Positions 9,544-18,957 of a DNA stretch of 64,000 nt are shown piece after piece. A program made the translations under genes and the position numbers. The stretch lies in assembly GCA_964541255.1 (NCBI GenBank), contig CAZIPL010000003.1:4425-68424 (forward strand), read 5' to 3'. The notes under the pieces are model-generated. The model worked only from the letters and a program-made list of their open reading frames with translations. It was not told where the DNA came from and made no database searches. Positions within the stretch are counted from its first letter, which is position 1; the number at the start of each line of letters is the position of its first letter. The DNA comes from an uncultured Clostridia bacterium (GTDB taxonomy: Bacteria; Bacillota; Clostridia; Christensenellales; CAMQZB01).

Positions 9544-10308
9544 ATGGCACTGATCGTAGCGTATTCCAATCAGAAGGGCGGCGTCGGAAAGACTACTACA
9601 TGCGTCAACATGTCTGCATATCTCGCGCTTGCCGGTAAAAAAACATTGCTCGTCGATCTCGATCCGCAAGGAAACTCGACGAGCGGCTTAGGAATAAGAA
9701 AAAGCGAGCTCGAAAACTCTATTTACGGCGTTTTGTGCGGTGAAGTTGACGTTAAGGAAACGATTTGTCACACCGTCATCGAAGGGCTTGATATAATGCC
9801 GTCAAATATAGACTTAGCAGGTGCTGAAGTCGAGCTTGTTTATATGAAACAGCGCGAAAAGATACTTAAAAACGCACTTGAGGGTATAAAAGACGAATAT
9901 GACGTCATCACAATCGACTGTCCCCCGTCGTTAGGACTTTTGACTATAAACGCATTGACGGCGGCAGATAAGGTAATTATTCCGATTCAGTCTGAGTTTT
10001 ATGCGCTCGAAGGTCTTTCGCAGCTTATGAACACCATTAAGCTTGTTATCAAGCACTTGAATCCCAAGCTCAAAATCGACGGCGTTGTTTTGACAATGTT
10101 CGACGGCAGATCGATTATATCGAGGCAAATAAGCGAGCAAATACGCAGATATTTCGGCGATAAGTTGTTTGCAAACCCCGTTCCGAGAAACATAAGGCTG
10201 TCTGAAGCTCCGAGCCACGGCGTTCCTATCGTACTTCACGATCCGAAGTGCGCCGGTGCAATAGCTTATAAGAGCTTGACAGACGAGTTTATCGGAAGAA
10301 ATCTTTGA
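9544..10308 (+). CDS. parA: Chromosome partitioning ATPase ParA/Soj
   Basis: Deviant Walker A NQKGGVGKTTT, DLDPQGN, and ParA-type C-terminus. Immediately precedes parB. Confidence 0.92.
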   Translation: MALIVAYSNQKGGVGKTTTCVNMSAYLALAGKKTLLVDLDPQGNSTSGLGIRKSELENSIYGVLCGEVDVKETICHTVIEGLDIMPSNIDLAGAEVELVYMKQREKILKNALEGIKDEYDVITIDCPPSLGLLTINALTAADKVIIPIQSEFYALEGLSQLMNTIKLVIKHLNPKLKIDGVVLTMFDGRSIISRQISEQIRRYFGDKLFANPVPRNIRLSEAPSHGVPIVLHDPKCAGAIAYKSLTDEFIGRNL

Positions 10309-10322
10309 TTTAAGGAGGAATT

Positions 10323-11207
10323 ATGGCTAAAAGCAGAGGTCTCGGAAAAGGCTTGAACGCACTTTTCGGCGAAACGGCGTTCGAATATGAGCAAGCCGTC
10401 AAAGAAGCCGAGCAAAGCGGCGGAATAAATGAGATAGAAATAGATAAAATTTTCCCCAATGAAAATCAGCCGAGAAAGAACTTCGATGAGGAAGCATTAA
10501 ACGAGCTTACTCAATCGATAAAGCTTCACGGAGTAATCAACCCTATCGTTGTAAATAAAGAGGGCGATAGATTTATGATTATCGCAGGCGAGCGAAGATA
10601 TCGTGCCGCGACGATAGCGGGACTTAAAACGATTCCTGCCATTGTCATGGATATTGGCGAAAAAAAGGTCAGAGAGATTGCGCTTATAGAGAACCTTCAG
10701 CGTGAAGATCTAAATGCCGTAGAAGCCGCTAAAGGTATCAAAGAGCTTATGGACAGATACGGCTTGACTCAGGAACAAGTTTCCGAAAGAATAAGCAAGA
10801 GCCGTTCAAATGTTGCCAACTATTTGCGCGTTTTGACTCTTCCCGAAGACGTAATTTCCTATGTAGAAAAGGACGAATTGTCGTTGGGACACGCCAAATG
10901 CCTTGCGGGACTTAACGACCCGAAAGAGATTTCTTCTCTTGCGCTTGCGGCAAAGCAAAAAGGAATGTCCGTTCGAGAGCTTGAAAAGAAAATCAGGTCG
11001 ATGTCCGAGAAAAAGGATAAAAAACCCGAAAAACCGCAGTCTATCGAACTCAAAGATTTGGTAGAAAGTATGCAAAAAGTGCTGAAAACCAAGGTAAAAG
11101 CCGTTGGGACGGACCAAAAAGGAAGAATCGTTATCGACTATTTCACACGCGACGATCTCGACAGATTGTATGCGATGATAGAGATTTTGAAGCAAAACGA
11201 ATTATAA
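10323..11207 (+). CDS. parB: Chromosome partitioning protein ParB/Spo0J
   Basis: ParB box motifs: FPNENQPRKNFDEEALNELTQSIKLHGVINPIVV and GERRYRAA. HTH region present. AGGAGG RBS. Confidence 0.92.
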   Translation: MAKSRGLGKGLNALFGETAFEYEQAVKEAEQSGGINEIEIDKIFPNENQPRKNFDEEALNELTQSIKLHGVINPIVVNKEGDRFMIIAGERRYRAATIAGLKTIPAIVMDIGEKKVREIALIENLQREDLNAVEAAKGIKELMDRYGLTQEQVSERISKSRSNVANYLRVLTLPEDVISYVEKDELSLGHAKCLAGLNDPKEISSLALAAKQKGMSVRELEKKIRSMSEKKDKKPEKPQSIELKDLVESMQKVLKTKVKAVGTDQKGRIVIDYFTRDDLDRLYAMIEILKQNEL

Positions 11208-11213
11208 AATCGC

Positions 11214-11243
11214 GGCGGAAGAAAATTTCCGCCTTTCTTTTTG
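11214..11243 (+). terminator. Rho-independent terminator after parB
   Basis: Stem GGCGGAA (11214-11220) pairs with TTCCGCC (11227-11233), with a 6-nt loop and a T-rich tail. Confidence 0.6.
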
Positions 11244-11492
11244 CTTTTTTGAAAATGGGATTGCATTGTTTTATGATAGAGATAATATAGAGATAGAATA
11301 AAAATGTGCTTTTGAATAAATATAATAGAAACTTTTTAGGAAAAGTCTCCACTATTACCTTAGCAAAACCATTTAATTATTATTAGTCTTAATAGAAAAA
11401 ATGAGAATATTTGAAAAAAAGTAAAATCGGACAATATATATTTTATTATATGATAGTAGGCATCCCCTATTTTTCGTACCGATAAAAAATTA

Positions 11493-11521
11493 TTGACAAT
11501 TAAGAATTATTCATATAAAAT
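11493..11521 (+). promoter_or_regulatory. sigma-A type promoter upstream of the ThiF-family gene
   Basis: TTGACA (11493-11498), 17-bp spacer, TAAAAT (11516-11521). Confidence 0.5.
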
Positions 11522-11557
11522 GACCAATGGAAAAGCAATAAGGCAAGGAAGGATTTT

Positions 11558-12229
11558 ATGGAAGAAAGATATTCCAGAAACATCGGAACTGTAACTATCA
11601 AAGAACAAGAATGGCTTAGAGACGGCAGTGTGTTTATCGCAGGCGCAGGATCTTTGGGCGGATACGTAGCCGAATACCTATTGAGAATGGGTGTCGGAGA
11701 GATAAGAATCGCGGACTTCGGAGCATTCACCGAAGACAGCTTCAACAGACAGCTTGCTTCGACTGTCGAAAACGTAGGTAAATCTAAGGTTTTGGAACTT
11801 GAAAAGAAGATGAAAAACATCTCTACGCAAGTCAAGCTAACCGTTTTCAACGAAAGACTTACAAAAGAAAACGCAAAACAGCTTATCGGAAACGCTCTTG
11901 TCGTAGTAGATTCTTTCGAAAATCCGCAAAACAAGCTCGAACTCAAAGAAATATGCGACGAGCTTAATCTCCCCCTTGTTTATGCAAGCTTGCTCACAAA
12001 CGGCGGAATAGTCGCGACAGTCTTCCCCCACACCGAAAACAACGAAAAGCTATATGATATGACCGTCGAGCATTCCATTAAGCCGTCTGTAACGGGTATG
12101 GCGGCAGGTGTTATCGCGGGTGTTCAGGCAACGGAAGTTATAAACCTACTTCTCGGAAGACCGACGCTCAAAAACAAAATGGTAGTTGTTGACTTAAACA
12201 ACTACTTTATGGAAATAGCCGACCTATAA
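11558..12229 (+). CDS. ThiF/MoeB/HesA-family E1-like adenylyltransferase (stand-alone)
   Basis: 223 aa. RYSRN start motif, Rossmann nucleotide loop GAGSLGG, and downstream DFGAF..D..NRQ pattern typical of ThiF-like enzymes. Confidence 0.75.
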   Translation: MEERYSRNIGTVTIKEQEWLRDGSVFIAGAGSLGGYVAEYLLRMGVGEIRIADFGAFTEDSFNRQLASTVENVGKSKVLELEKKMKNISTQVKLTVFNERLTKENAKQLIGNALVVVDSFENPQNKLELKEICDELNLPLVYASLLTNGGIVATVFPHTENNEKLYDMTVEHSIKPSVTGMAAGVIAGVQATEVINLLLGRPTLKNKMVVVDLNNYFMEIADL

Positions 12230-12601
12230 GAAGAAATAATCAATCAAAGTATAAGATTTTGATAAAACAAAAAGCGATAGAAAAATAGAGATATAGAGAA
12301 AAAGATAAAGCGACTTCGCAAAAGCGGAGCCGTTTTTATATAATAAAAGCAAATTAATAAAATAAAAGTAATAAAATCAAAGTATTTATAGATTAAAACC
12401 GCAAATTAATCTAAATAGAAAGAGCAATCTAAAAGAAAATCGATAATAAAAAAACAGCAAAAAAAGAGTTGATCATTATTATGATTCATTCTCGTAGGGC
12501 TGGTTCTTCTCACCGCTGCGGAAGATTTGACAGAATTCTTACTCGTAGGATTGGGAACATTGGCAATTGTGGTAGGGCGGGGTACAACTTTCGCCGAAAA
12601 A

Positions 12602-12646
12602 GGCTCCCTTAGCAAGGGAGCTGTCTGCGGAGCAGACTGAGGGATT
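12602..12646 (-). repeat. Interspersed structured repeat, copy R2 (double-hairpin core only; divergent flanks roughly 12470-12740)
   Basis: The reverse complement reads AATCCCTCAGTCTGCTCCGCAGACAGCTCCCTTGCTAAGGGAGCC, which is co-linear with the cores at 6174-6219 and 40786-40831. Confidence 0.8.
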
Positions 12647-12910
12647 GTTATATATCGCAACGAACCCTTTAGTATTGTGTGCTACAATGAAGACTTCCCA
12701 CAACGTAAGAGGATCCTATAGTAAGGATAGTTTATTATTAACAACGGCGACAATGAGAAGCCACCGCTCTAAGGAAAAGAAATCGTCAACAATGGCGATA
12801 AGAACATGAGACAATTTTATGAAACGTATCACAAATTATGCATAGAAAATCGCCCGAAAAATAAACTTTTCAATACTTTTCAAAAAAGTGGATTTTTTGT
12901 CGATAAGTCC

Positions 12911-12939
12911 TTGAAAATATATTGATTTTGTGTTAAAAT
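12911..12939 (+). promoter_or_regulatory. sigma-A type promoter of the BMP ABC transporter operon
   Basis: TTGAAA (12911-12916), 17-bp spacer ending in TGT (extended -10), TAAAAT (12934-12939). Confidence 0.5.
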
Positions 12940-12981
12940 AATAACGCATTAGGAAATAGTGCAAAATTTGGAGGTAAAAAA

Positions 12982-14094
12982 ATGAAAAAAGTATTGTGCG
13001 TTTTACTCGTAGCAGTATTGGCACTCTCCTGTTTCGCGGCTTGCGATCAAACCGTGGGGGGGGGAGAAGACGGAGCTGAAATAGCAGTCGTAACCGACGT
13101 AGGACAGCTTAACGACGGCGGCTTCAACCAGGGAACTTATGAAGGCGCTAAGGCTTATGCAGAAGCTAACAACAAAACTTATGCATACTATCAGCCCGCT
13201 AACGGCAGCAACGCTTCCGACGCAGACAGAATCGAAGCTATGAACAACGCTATCAAGAATGGAGCTAAGGTTATCGTAACTCCGGGATTCTTGCAGGAAA
13301 ACGCTCTTAGAGAAGTAGCTTCGGCTAACCCTGACGTTAAGTTCGTATTCATCGACGGTTATCCTATCGCTGACAAAGACGGCAACATTTTGAAGAACGT
13401 TGCAGGTATCGCATTCTGCGAGCAGGAATCTGCTTACTTTGCAGGTTATGCAGCTGTTAAGGAAGGCTATACGAAACTCGGCGGAGCATTCGGCGGTGGC
13501 GGAACTAACCCCGCTTGTAACAGATTTGCTGCAGGTTATCTCCTCGGTGCAAATGACGCTGCTAAGGAACTCGGTATCACGGTTGACATGCAGATAAGCT
13601 TCCTTTATGGCGCTTCGTTCAGCTCTTCTGCAGAACTCGAAGCTCAGATGAACGGCTGGTATCAGACGGGCACGGAAGTTATCTATGCTTGCGGCGGATC
13701 TATGGTTAACAGCGTTCTTGCTGCTGCACAGGCTAACAACGGAAAGGTTATCGGCGTAGATACCGACCAGTCCGGTCTTGGCGAAGAAGTCATCACTTCC
13801 GCTACAAAGGGTCTTGCTGAATCCGTTAAATGGGCTCTTGGCAAATACTATGCAGGCGAGTTCGATTCTATCGGCGGAACAGGCACATCCTTGGGTGTTG
13901 CAGACGACGCTGTAGGACTTCCTACCGCAACTTGGAGACTTAAAAACTTCTCTGTTGACGAATACAACACGCTTTACAACAAAGTTAAGAACGGCGAAAT
14001 CAAGATCAATCTCGTAGCAGGTCTTGACGCAGACGCAGGTCTTATCGCTAAGTTGCAAGTTACGAACGTTAACCTCGGAGACATTCAGAAATAA
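12982..14094 (+). CDS. BMP-family (PnrA/Med/NupN-like) ABC transporter substrate-binding lipoprotein
   Basis: Signal peptide with lipobox LSCFAAC. BMP-family body: VTDVGQLNDGGFNQ, IDG, GVDTDQ. Followed by the cognate ATPase and two permeases. Confidence 0.85.
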   Translation: MKKVLCVLLVAVLALSCFAACDQTVGGGEDGAEIAVVTDVGQLNDGGFNQGTYEGAKAYAEANNKTYAYYQPANGSNASDADRIEAMNNAIKNGAKVIVTPGFLQENALREVASANPDVKFVFIDGYPIADKDGNILKNVAGIAFCEQESAYFAGYAAVKEGYTKLGGAFGGGGTNPACNRFAAGYLLGANDAAKELGITVDMQISFLYGASFSSSAELEAQMNGWYQTGTEVIYACGGSMVNSVLAAAQANNGKVIGVDTDQSGLGEEVITSATKGLAESVKWALGKYYAGEFDSIGGTGTSLGVADDAVGLPTATWRLKNFSVDEYNTLYNKVKNGEIKINLVAGLDADAGLIAKLQVTNVNLGDIQK

Positions 14095-14111
14095 TCGTAT
14101 CGTGAGATATT

Positions 14112-14182
14112 AAAGAAAGGGCATTAAGGGCAAATCCCGCCCTTTCTTTTTGTTAAGCGCATACGAGTTATGCGCTTAACAA
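14112..14182 (+). terminator. Two tandem perfect hairpins between the binding-protein and ATPase genes (partial terminator or mRNA stabiliser)
   Basis: Hairpin 1 has an 11-bp stem (14112-14122 with 14139-14149) followed by Ts. Hairpin 2 has a 14-bp stem (14150-14163 with 14169-14182) and a 5-nt loop. Confidence 0.55.
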
Positions 14183-14233
14183 AAAGAGGCAACAGCCGTC
14201 TTTGGAGCAGTTCTGAAAAAGGAGGTCTCTTCT

Positions 14234-15805
14234 ATGAATGACGTCAGCGAGAAAAAAGTCGGGCAAAACGACTATCCGTACGTTATTGAAATGAAAAATA
14301 TTACAAAAGAATTCCCCGGTATAATTGCAAACGACAACATCACTTTGCAGTTGAAAAGGGGCGAAATTCACGCGCTGCTTGGCGAAAACGGCGCGGGAAA
14401 GTCTACGCTCATGAGCGTGCTTTTCGGATTATATCAGCCCGAAAAAGGCGAGATTCTCAAGAACGGCGAGGTCGTTAAGGTCAACAACCCTAACGACGCA
14501 AACCGCTTAGGAATCGGTATGGTTCATCAGCACTTCAAACTCGTTGAGGTTTTCACCGTCTTAGAAAACATTATTTTGGGCGTTGAAACTACGAAATTCG
14601 GCTTTATACAAAAGAAAGAAGCAAGAAAAAAGGTTTTGGAGCTTTCCGAAAAATACGGCTTGAACGTCGATCCCGATGCGAAAGTCGAGGATATCACCGT
14701 CGGAATGCAGCAGCGTACCGAGATTTTGAAGATGCTCTATCGCGACAACGAGATTCTCATCTTCGACGAGCCTACGGCGGTTTTGACTCCGCAGGAAATC
14801 GACGAGCTTATGGAGATTATGAAAGGTCTTGCGGCAGAAGGCAAGTCTATTCTTTTCATCACACACAAGCTTAACGAAATCAAAGCCGTTGCAGATAGAT
14901 GTACGGTTCTTAGAAAGGGTAAATACATAGGAACGGTTGACGTAAAGACGACGTCGAAAGAAGAGCTTTCCGAAATGATGGTCGGAAGAGCGGTAAAGTT
15001 TGCCGTCGATAAGGACGAAGCACAACCTAAGGACGTTGTTTTAGACATACAAAACCTTTGCGTAAAGAGCAAGCTCCACAAAAAAGACGCCGTTCACGAC
15101 GTTTCGCTTCAAGTTCGTCGCGGAGAAATCGTGTGCGTCGCGGGTATCGACGGAAACGGTCAGTCGGAATTCGTTCATGCTATAACGGGACTTGATAAGA
15201 TCGAAAGCGGAAAGGTTATTCTTTGCGGCGAGGACGTTACAAATAAGAGTATTCGTTATAAAAACACCCACGGAATGAGCCATATCCCCGAGGACAGACA
15301 TAAACACGGCTTGGTTTTGGATTATTCTTTGGAACAGAATCTTGTTTTGCAAAGATATTTCGAGCCTAAGTTCGAGAAAAATGGCTTTATCAAGTTCGAC
15401 GAGGTAAGAAGTTATGCAAACAGACTTATCGACAGCTTCGACATTCGTTCGGGACAAGGTGCGATAACAACTGCTCGCTCCATGTCGGGCGGAAATCAGC
15501 AAAAAGCAATCGTTGCGAGAGAAATAGATAAAGGCTCCGACCTTTTGATCGCAGTTCAGCCCACCCGCGGACTTGACGTAGGCGCGATTGAATATATCCA
15601 TACGCAGATCGTCAAACGTCGCGATGAGGGCGCGGCGGTGCTTCTCGTCTCATTGGAGCTTGACGAGGTTATGAACCTTTCCGACAGAATACTCGTTATG
15701 TATGAGGGCGAAATCGTCGGCGAACTCGACCCGAAGACGACGACGGTTCAAGAGCTCGGTCTTTACATGGCGGGTGCTAAAAAAGATACAAAGGAGGCTA
15801 AATAA
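14234..15805 (+). CDS. ABC transporter ATP-binding protein, duplicated ATPase (RbsA/NupO-like)
   Basis: 523 aa with two ABC cassettes. Walker A GENGAGKST, signature LSGGNQQK, and Walker B LLVSLELDE in the second half. Confidence 0.9.
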   Translation: MNDVSEKKVGQNDYPYVIEMKNITKEFPGIIANDNITLQLKRGEIHALLGENGAGKSTLMSVLFGLYQPEKGEILKNGEVVKVNNPNDANRLGIGMVHQHFKLVEVFTVLENIILGVETTKFGFIQKKEARKKVLELSEKYGLNVDPDAKVEDITVGMQQRTEILKMLYRDNEILIFDEPTAVLTPQEIDELMEIMKGLAAEGKSILFITHKLNEIKAVADRCTVLRKGKYIGTVDVKTTSKEELSEMMVGRAVKFAVDKDEAQPKDVVLDIQNLCVKSKLHKKDAVHDVSLQVRRGEIVCVAGIDGNGQSEFVHAITGLDKIESGKVILCGEDVTNKSIRYKNTHGMSHIPEDRHKHGLVLDYSLEQNLVLQRYFEPKFEKNGFIKFDEVRSYANRLIDSFDIRSGQGAITTARSMSGGNQQKAIVAREIDKGSDLLIAVQPTRGLDVGAIEYIHTQIVKRRDEGAAVLLVSLELDEVMNLSDRILVMYEGEIVGELDPKTTTVQELGLYMAGAKKDTKEAK

Positions 15806-17100
15806 TGGCTAAAGAGAACTTCTTTGTTAAAACAATAAAAAACATCGGCAAATTCTTCAAGTCTTTGTTCGTTTCGGTTGACGAAAACGAGCCGAGACTT
15901 AGAACGCTTTACGAAAAAGACGGAACGAAGTCCGTAATCTCCGCGTTAATCTGCATTTTGGCAGGTATTTTGGTTGGAGTAATCGTTCTTGTACTTGTTG
16001 CGATATTTAGTAAAGACGTTCAAATCAAAGACGTTTGGAAAGGACTTTTTATAGTTTTTGCAGGTCCTTTCTATACGGGAAGCTCGTCGGTTATATCTTT
16101 CGGTTTCTCGGGAAAGACGCTCGGCGATATGATGCTTCGCGCAACGCCCTTGGTAATGACGGGTCTTTCCGTAGCGGTTGCGTTTAAGACGGGACTATTC
16201 AACATCGGTGCTTCTGGACAATACCTTATGGGTACGACGGGTTCGATTATCGTTGCTTTGTCAATCCCAGCAAACAACTCCGTCGAAGCGTTCTTCGTAT
16301 GGCTGCTTGCCCTTATCGTAGGAACGTTATGCGGAATGCTTTGGGGCGCAATCCCGGGACTGTTCAAGGCGTTACTCGGAGTAAACGAGGTTATCGTCTG
16401 CATAATGACCAACTGGATAGCCGCTAACGTAGTTTCGTGGATATTCAACGGATCTCAATATATAAACTCCCCCGCGGGCAAAACGGGATATACCATTCCG
16501 ACTTCCGATTACGGAATTCAAACGCCGAGACTTTTGATGGACAAGCTCTTCCCCGAATCTTGGGCTGACGGCGGAATTATCATTGCGATCCTTATTGCCG
16601 TCGCGATAAGCATTATGCTTAACAAAACGACTTTCGGATATGAACTCAAGGCGTGCGGACATAACAGAAACGCCGCGAAATACGCAGGTATGAACGACAA
16701 GAGAAACATCGTCCTTTCGATGATGATAGCAGGCGGACTTTCGGCATGCGGCGCGTCGCTATATTATCTAAACGGAAAAACGGAGTTCTTCTGGAATACG
16801 TATATGTCGCTTCCCTCAGAGGGTTTCAACGGTATCCCCGTCGCGCTGCTTGCAAGCAGCAACCCAATAGGAACGATTTTCGCGGCGATTTATATGGCAT
16901 TCCTGACCGTTGCGGGGAATAAACTTTCTTCATTTACGAGATATAACGAATTCATCGCAAGCATAATTGTTGCGGTAATCATATACTTTGCGGGATTCGG
17001 TAAGCTTATAAAAGAACTTCTTTCGAAAAGACAGGCAGAGCGGATGGAGAAAAGACTCCTCGCTAATGCACAAAGCGAAGTAAAGGCAAAGGAGGAATAA
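15805..17100 (+). CDS. ABC transporter permease (BMP/ribose-type, NupP-like)
   Basis: Polytopic membrane protein. Its start overlaps the ATPase stop, and it sits in the operon context of BMP systems. Confidence 0.8.
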   Translation: MAKENFFVKTIKNIGKFFKSLFVSVDENEPRLRTLYEKDGTKSVISALICILAGILVGVIVLVLVAIFSKDVQIKDVWKGLFIVFAGPFYTGSSSVISFGFSGKTLGDMMLRATPLVMTGLSVAVAFKTGLFNIGASGQYLMGTTGSIIVALSIPANNSVEAFFVWLLALIVGTLCGMLWGAIPGLFKALLGVNEVIVCIMTNWIAANVVSWIFNGSQYINSPAGKTGYTIPTSDYGIQTPRLLMDKLFPESWADGGIIIAILIAVAISIMLNKTTFGYELKACGHNRNAAKYAGMNDKRNIVLSMMIAGGLSACGASLYYLNGKTEFFWNTYMSLPSEGFNGIPVALLASSNPIGTIFAAIYMAFLTVAGNKLSSFTRYNEFIASIIVAVIIYFAGFGKLIKELLSKRQAERMEKRLLANAQSEVKAKEE

Positions 17101-17102
17101 TT

Positions 17103-18104
17103 ATGGCGTTTTTATTACAGCAGTTGTTCAAATATCTCATTCCGCTTATGATAGTAGCTCTTGCCGGCGTATTTGCCGAGAGAAGCGGAATAATCAACAT
17201 TGCTCTTGACGGTATCATGATTATAGGTTCGTTCTTCGGCGCGCTCTTCGTATATATTTTGCAAGCGCCGCAGTTCGGTATTTCGCTCGACGTAGCGAAA
17301 GGTCAAGGACAATGGATATACCTTGCCGCAATGGCTATCGCAGCCCTTGCAGGCGCGGCATTTTCGTTGCTTTTGGGCTTTTCCGCAATAAACCTTAAAG
17401 CCGACCAGACAATCGGCGGTACGGCGCTTAATATGTTGGCTCCTGCCGTTTCGCTCTTCTTTATTAACCTTATCTGCCAGCAGCAATATATGAATATGCC
17501 TAAAGGCACGGTTAATTGGTTCATGATTCAGAACGAGAATTTGAGGGGTACGATTTTAGAGGGATTCTTTGACAAGGCGTATATTTCGACGTATGTCTGC
17601 ATAGCGATTTTCATTATCCTTTCGATAATACTATATAAAACAAAATTCGGTTTGAGACTTCGTTCGTGCGGCGAACATCCGCAAGCGGCGGACTCCGTCG
17701 GTATCAACGTCGTAAAAATGAGATACGCGGGAACCGTAATTTCGGGTGCGTTAGCAGGCTTAGGTGGATATGTTTACGTCGTATGCTCCGCTAACGGCGC
17801 TACGCAAGGCGACGTTCAAGGCGCAGGCTTCATCGCTCTTGCCATTATGATTTTCGGAAACTGGAAGCCGACGGGCATTGCGCTTGGCGCGATACTTTTC
17901 GGACTGTTGAAATGTATCGCTCCGACTTATGCGTCGCTCGATATTAACGGCGACGGAATCTATCTTTTGAAAGAGCTAGGACTTCCGAACTATTTCTATA
18001 ACCTACTCCCCTACCTTATCGTTCTCGTGGTTTTGGCGTTTACGTCGAAAAAATCGCGCGCACCTAAAGCGGAGGGTATTCCGTACGATAAAGGCGCAAG
18101 ATAA
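17103..18104 (+). CDS. ABC transporter permease (BMP/ribose-type, NupQ-like)
   Basis: Polytopic membrane protein starting 2 nt after the preceding permease. AGGAGG RBS. Confidence 0.8.
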   Translation: MAFLLQQLFKYLIPLMIVALAGVFAERSGIINIALDGIMIIGSFFGALFVYILQAPQFGISLDVAKGQGQWIYLAAMAIAALAGAAFSLLLGFSAINLKADQTIGGTALNMLAPAVSLFFINLICQQQYMNMPKGTVNWFMIQNENLRGTILEGFFDKAYISTYVCIAIFIILSIILYKTKFGLRLRSCGEHPQAADSVGINVVKMRYAGTVISGALAGLGGYVYVVCSANGATQGDVQGAGFIALAIMIFGNWKPTGIALGAILFGLLKCIAPTYASLDINGDGIYLLKELGLPNYFYNLLPYLIVLVVLAFTSKKSRAPKAEGIPYDKGAR

Positions 18105-18120
18105 TGTATCGATAATAATC

Positions 18121-18154
18121 AAAAGAGAAAGGCAAGTTTGCTTTTCTCTTTTTT
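18121..18154 (+). terminator. Rho-independent terminator after the ABC operon
   Basis: AAAGAGAAA (18122-18130) pairs with TTTCTCTTT (18143-18151), followed by a T-run. Confidence 0.6.
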
Positions 18155-18231
18155 ATATTTAGTCAATTTCTAAGATTTTTATATATTGATTTGCTTTTTT
18201 TTGAGGATATGTAATGTCGGGAGTAGAATTT

Positions 18232-18921
18232 TCAATTGTCAGAATATAACTCGAAAATACATAGCGAAATTGCTTCCGCAAGACGTTTAAGATATCTATC
18301 GTCAAGGAGTTTGCTTTCGTCCTCTATGTTGCTTAAAAAGCCGCATTCGATTATTACGGCGGGAATTCCGATGTTGTGAGTCATATACATTTTTTCCGCG
18401 TCGAGCCGAACTTTTTTTGAAGATAGATCCGAAAGCTTCACCGCAAGCATTTCGGCAAAAAGGCATGACAATTCGTCAGACTTATTGTAATATATGTTTA
18501 TGCCCTTTGCGGCTTTGTTTTTATTGTAGTTGCAATGTATCGAAACGATTAGAGCCGAATTGCTTTGCAAGGCGATTTCCTTTCGCTTCTCCATATCGCG
18601 ACGCTTGAAGCCTTTAGAGGTATCGCCGTAAAGTCCGTCGGCGTTTTCACGCGTCAAAACAGGCTCAATCCCCAATGGGACAAGCTTATCTTTAATGAGC
18701 TTTGCGATTTCAAGGTTGATTTCCGCCTCGGCTTTTCCCGACGTTATCCCGTATACGCCGTTGTCTATTCCGCCGTGCCCCGCGTCGATACATATAACGG
18801 GATAGATTTTTTGAGAAAACGCGCTAACAGAAAATCGCGACTCAAAAAACAGCGAAGAAACTACGCAAAGAACAAGCAAAACGACAAATAAGGCAAAAGG
18901 TATTGCAGTTTTTTTGGTCAA
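18232..18921 (-). CDS. cwlD: N-acetylmuramoyl-L-alanine amidase, CwlD-like (Amidase_3)
   Basis: N-terminal TM anchor. Motifs: IDAGHGGIDNG, SIHCN, ECGFLSN. The size (229 aa) is typical of germination-specific CwlD. TTG start after GGAGGG. Confidence 0.7.
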   Translation of the reverse strand: MTKKTAIPFALFVVLLVLCVVSSLFFESRFSVSAFSQKIYPVICIDAGHGGIDNGVYGITSGKAEAEINLEIAKLIKDKLVPLGIEPVLTRENADGLYGDTSKGFKRRDMEKRKEIALQSNSALIVSIHCNYNKNKAAKGINIYYNKSDELSCLFAEMLAVKLSDLSSKKVRLDAEKMYMTHNIGIPAVIIECGFLSNIEDESKLLDDRYLKRLAEAISLCIFELYSDN

Positions 18922-18957
18922 AATTCGACCCTCCGTTTTGTATAAAAATTACAAAAG

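Noticed and set aside
12406-12660. An 84-aa ORF (..IPQSAPQTAPLLREPF..) on the minus strand.
   Set aside because: It runs straight through the double-hairpin repeat core and its divergent flanks. It has no RBS, and the peptide motif is a by-product of translating the repeat.
12660-12981. A possible purine or other riboswitch upstream of the BMP nucleoside-type ABC operon.
   Set aside because: The promoter at 12911-12939 leaves only a leader of about 40 nt, and I see no purine-riboswitch junction motifs.
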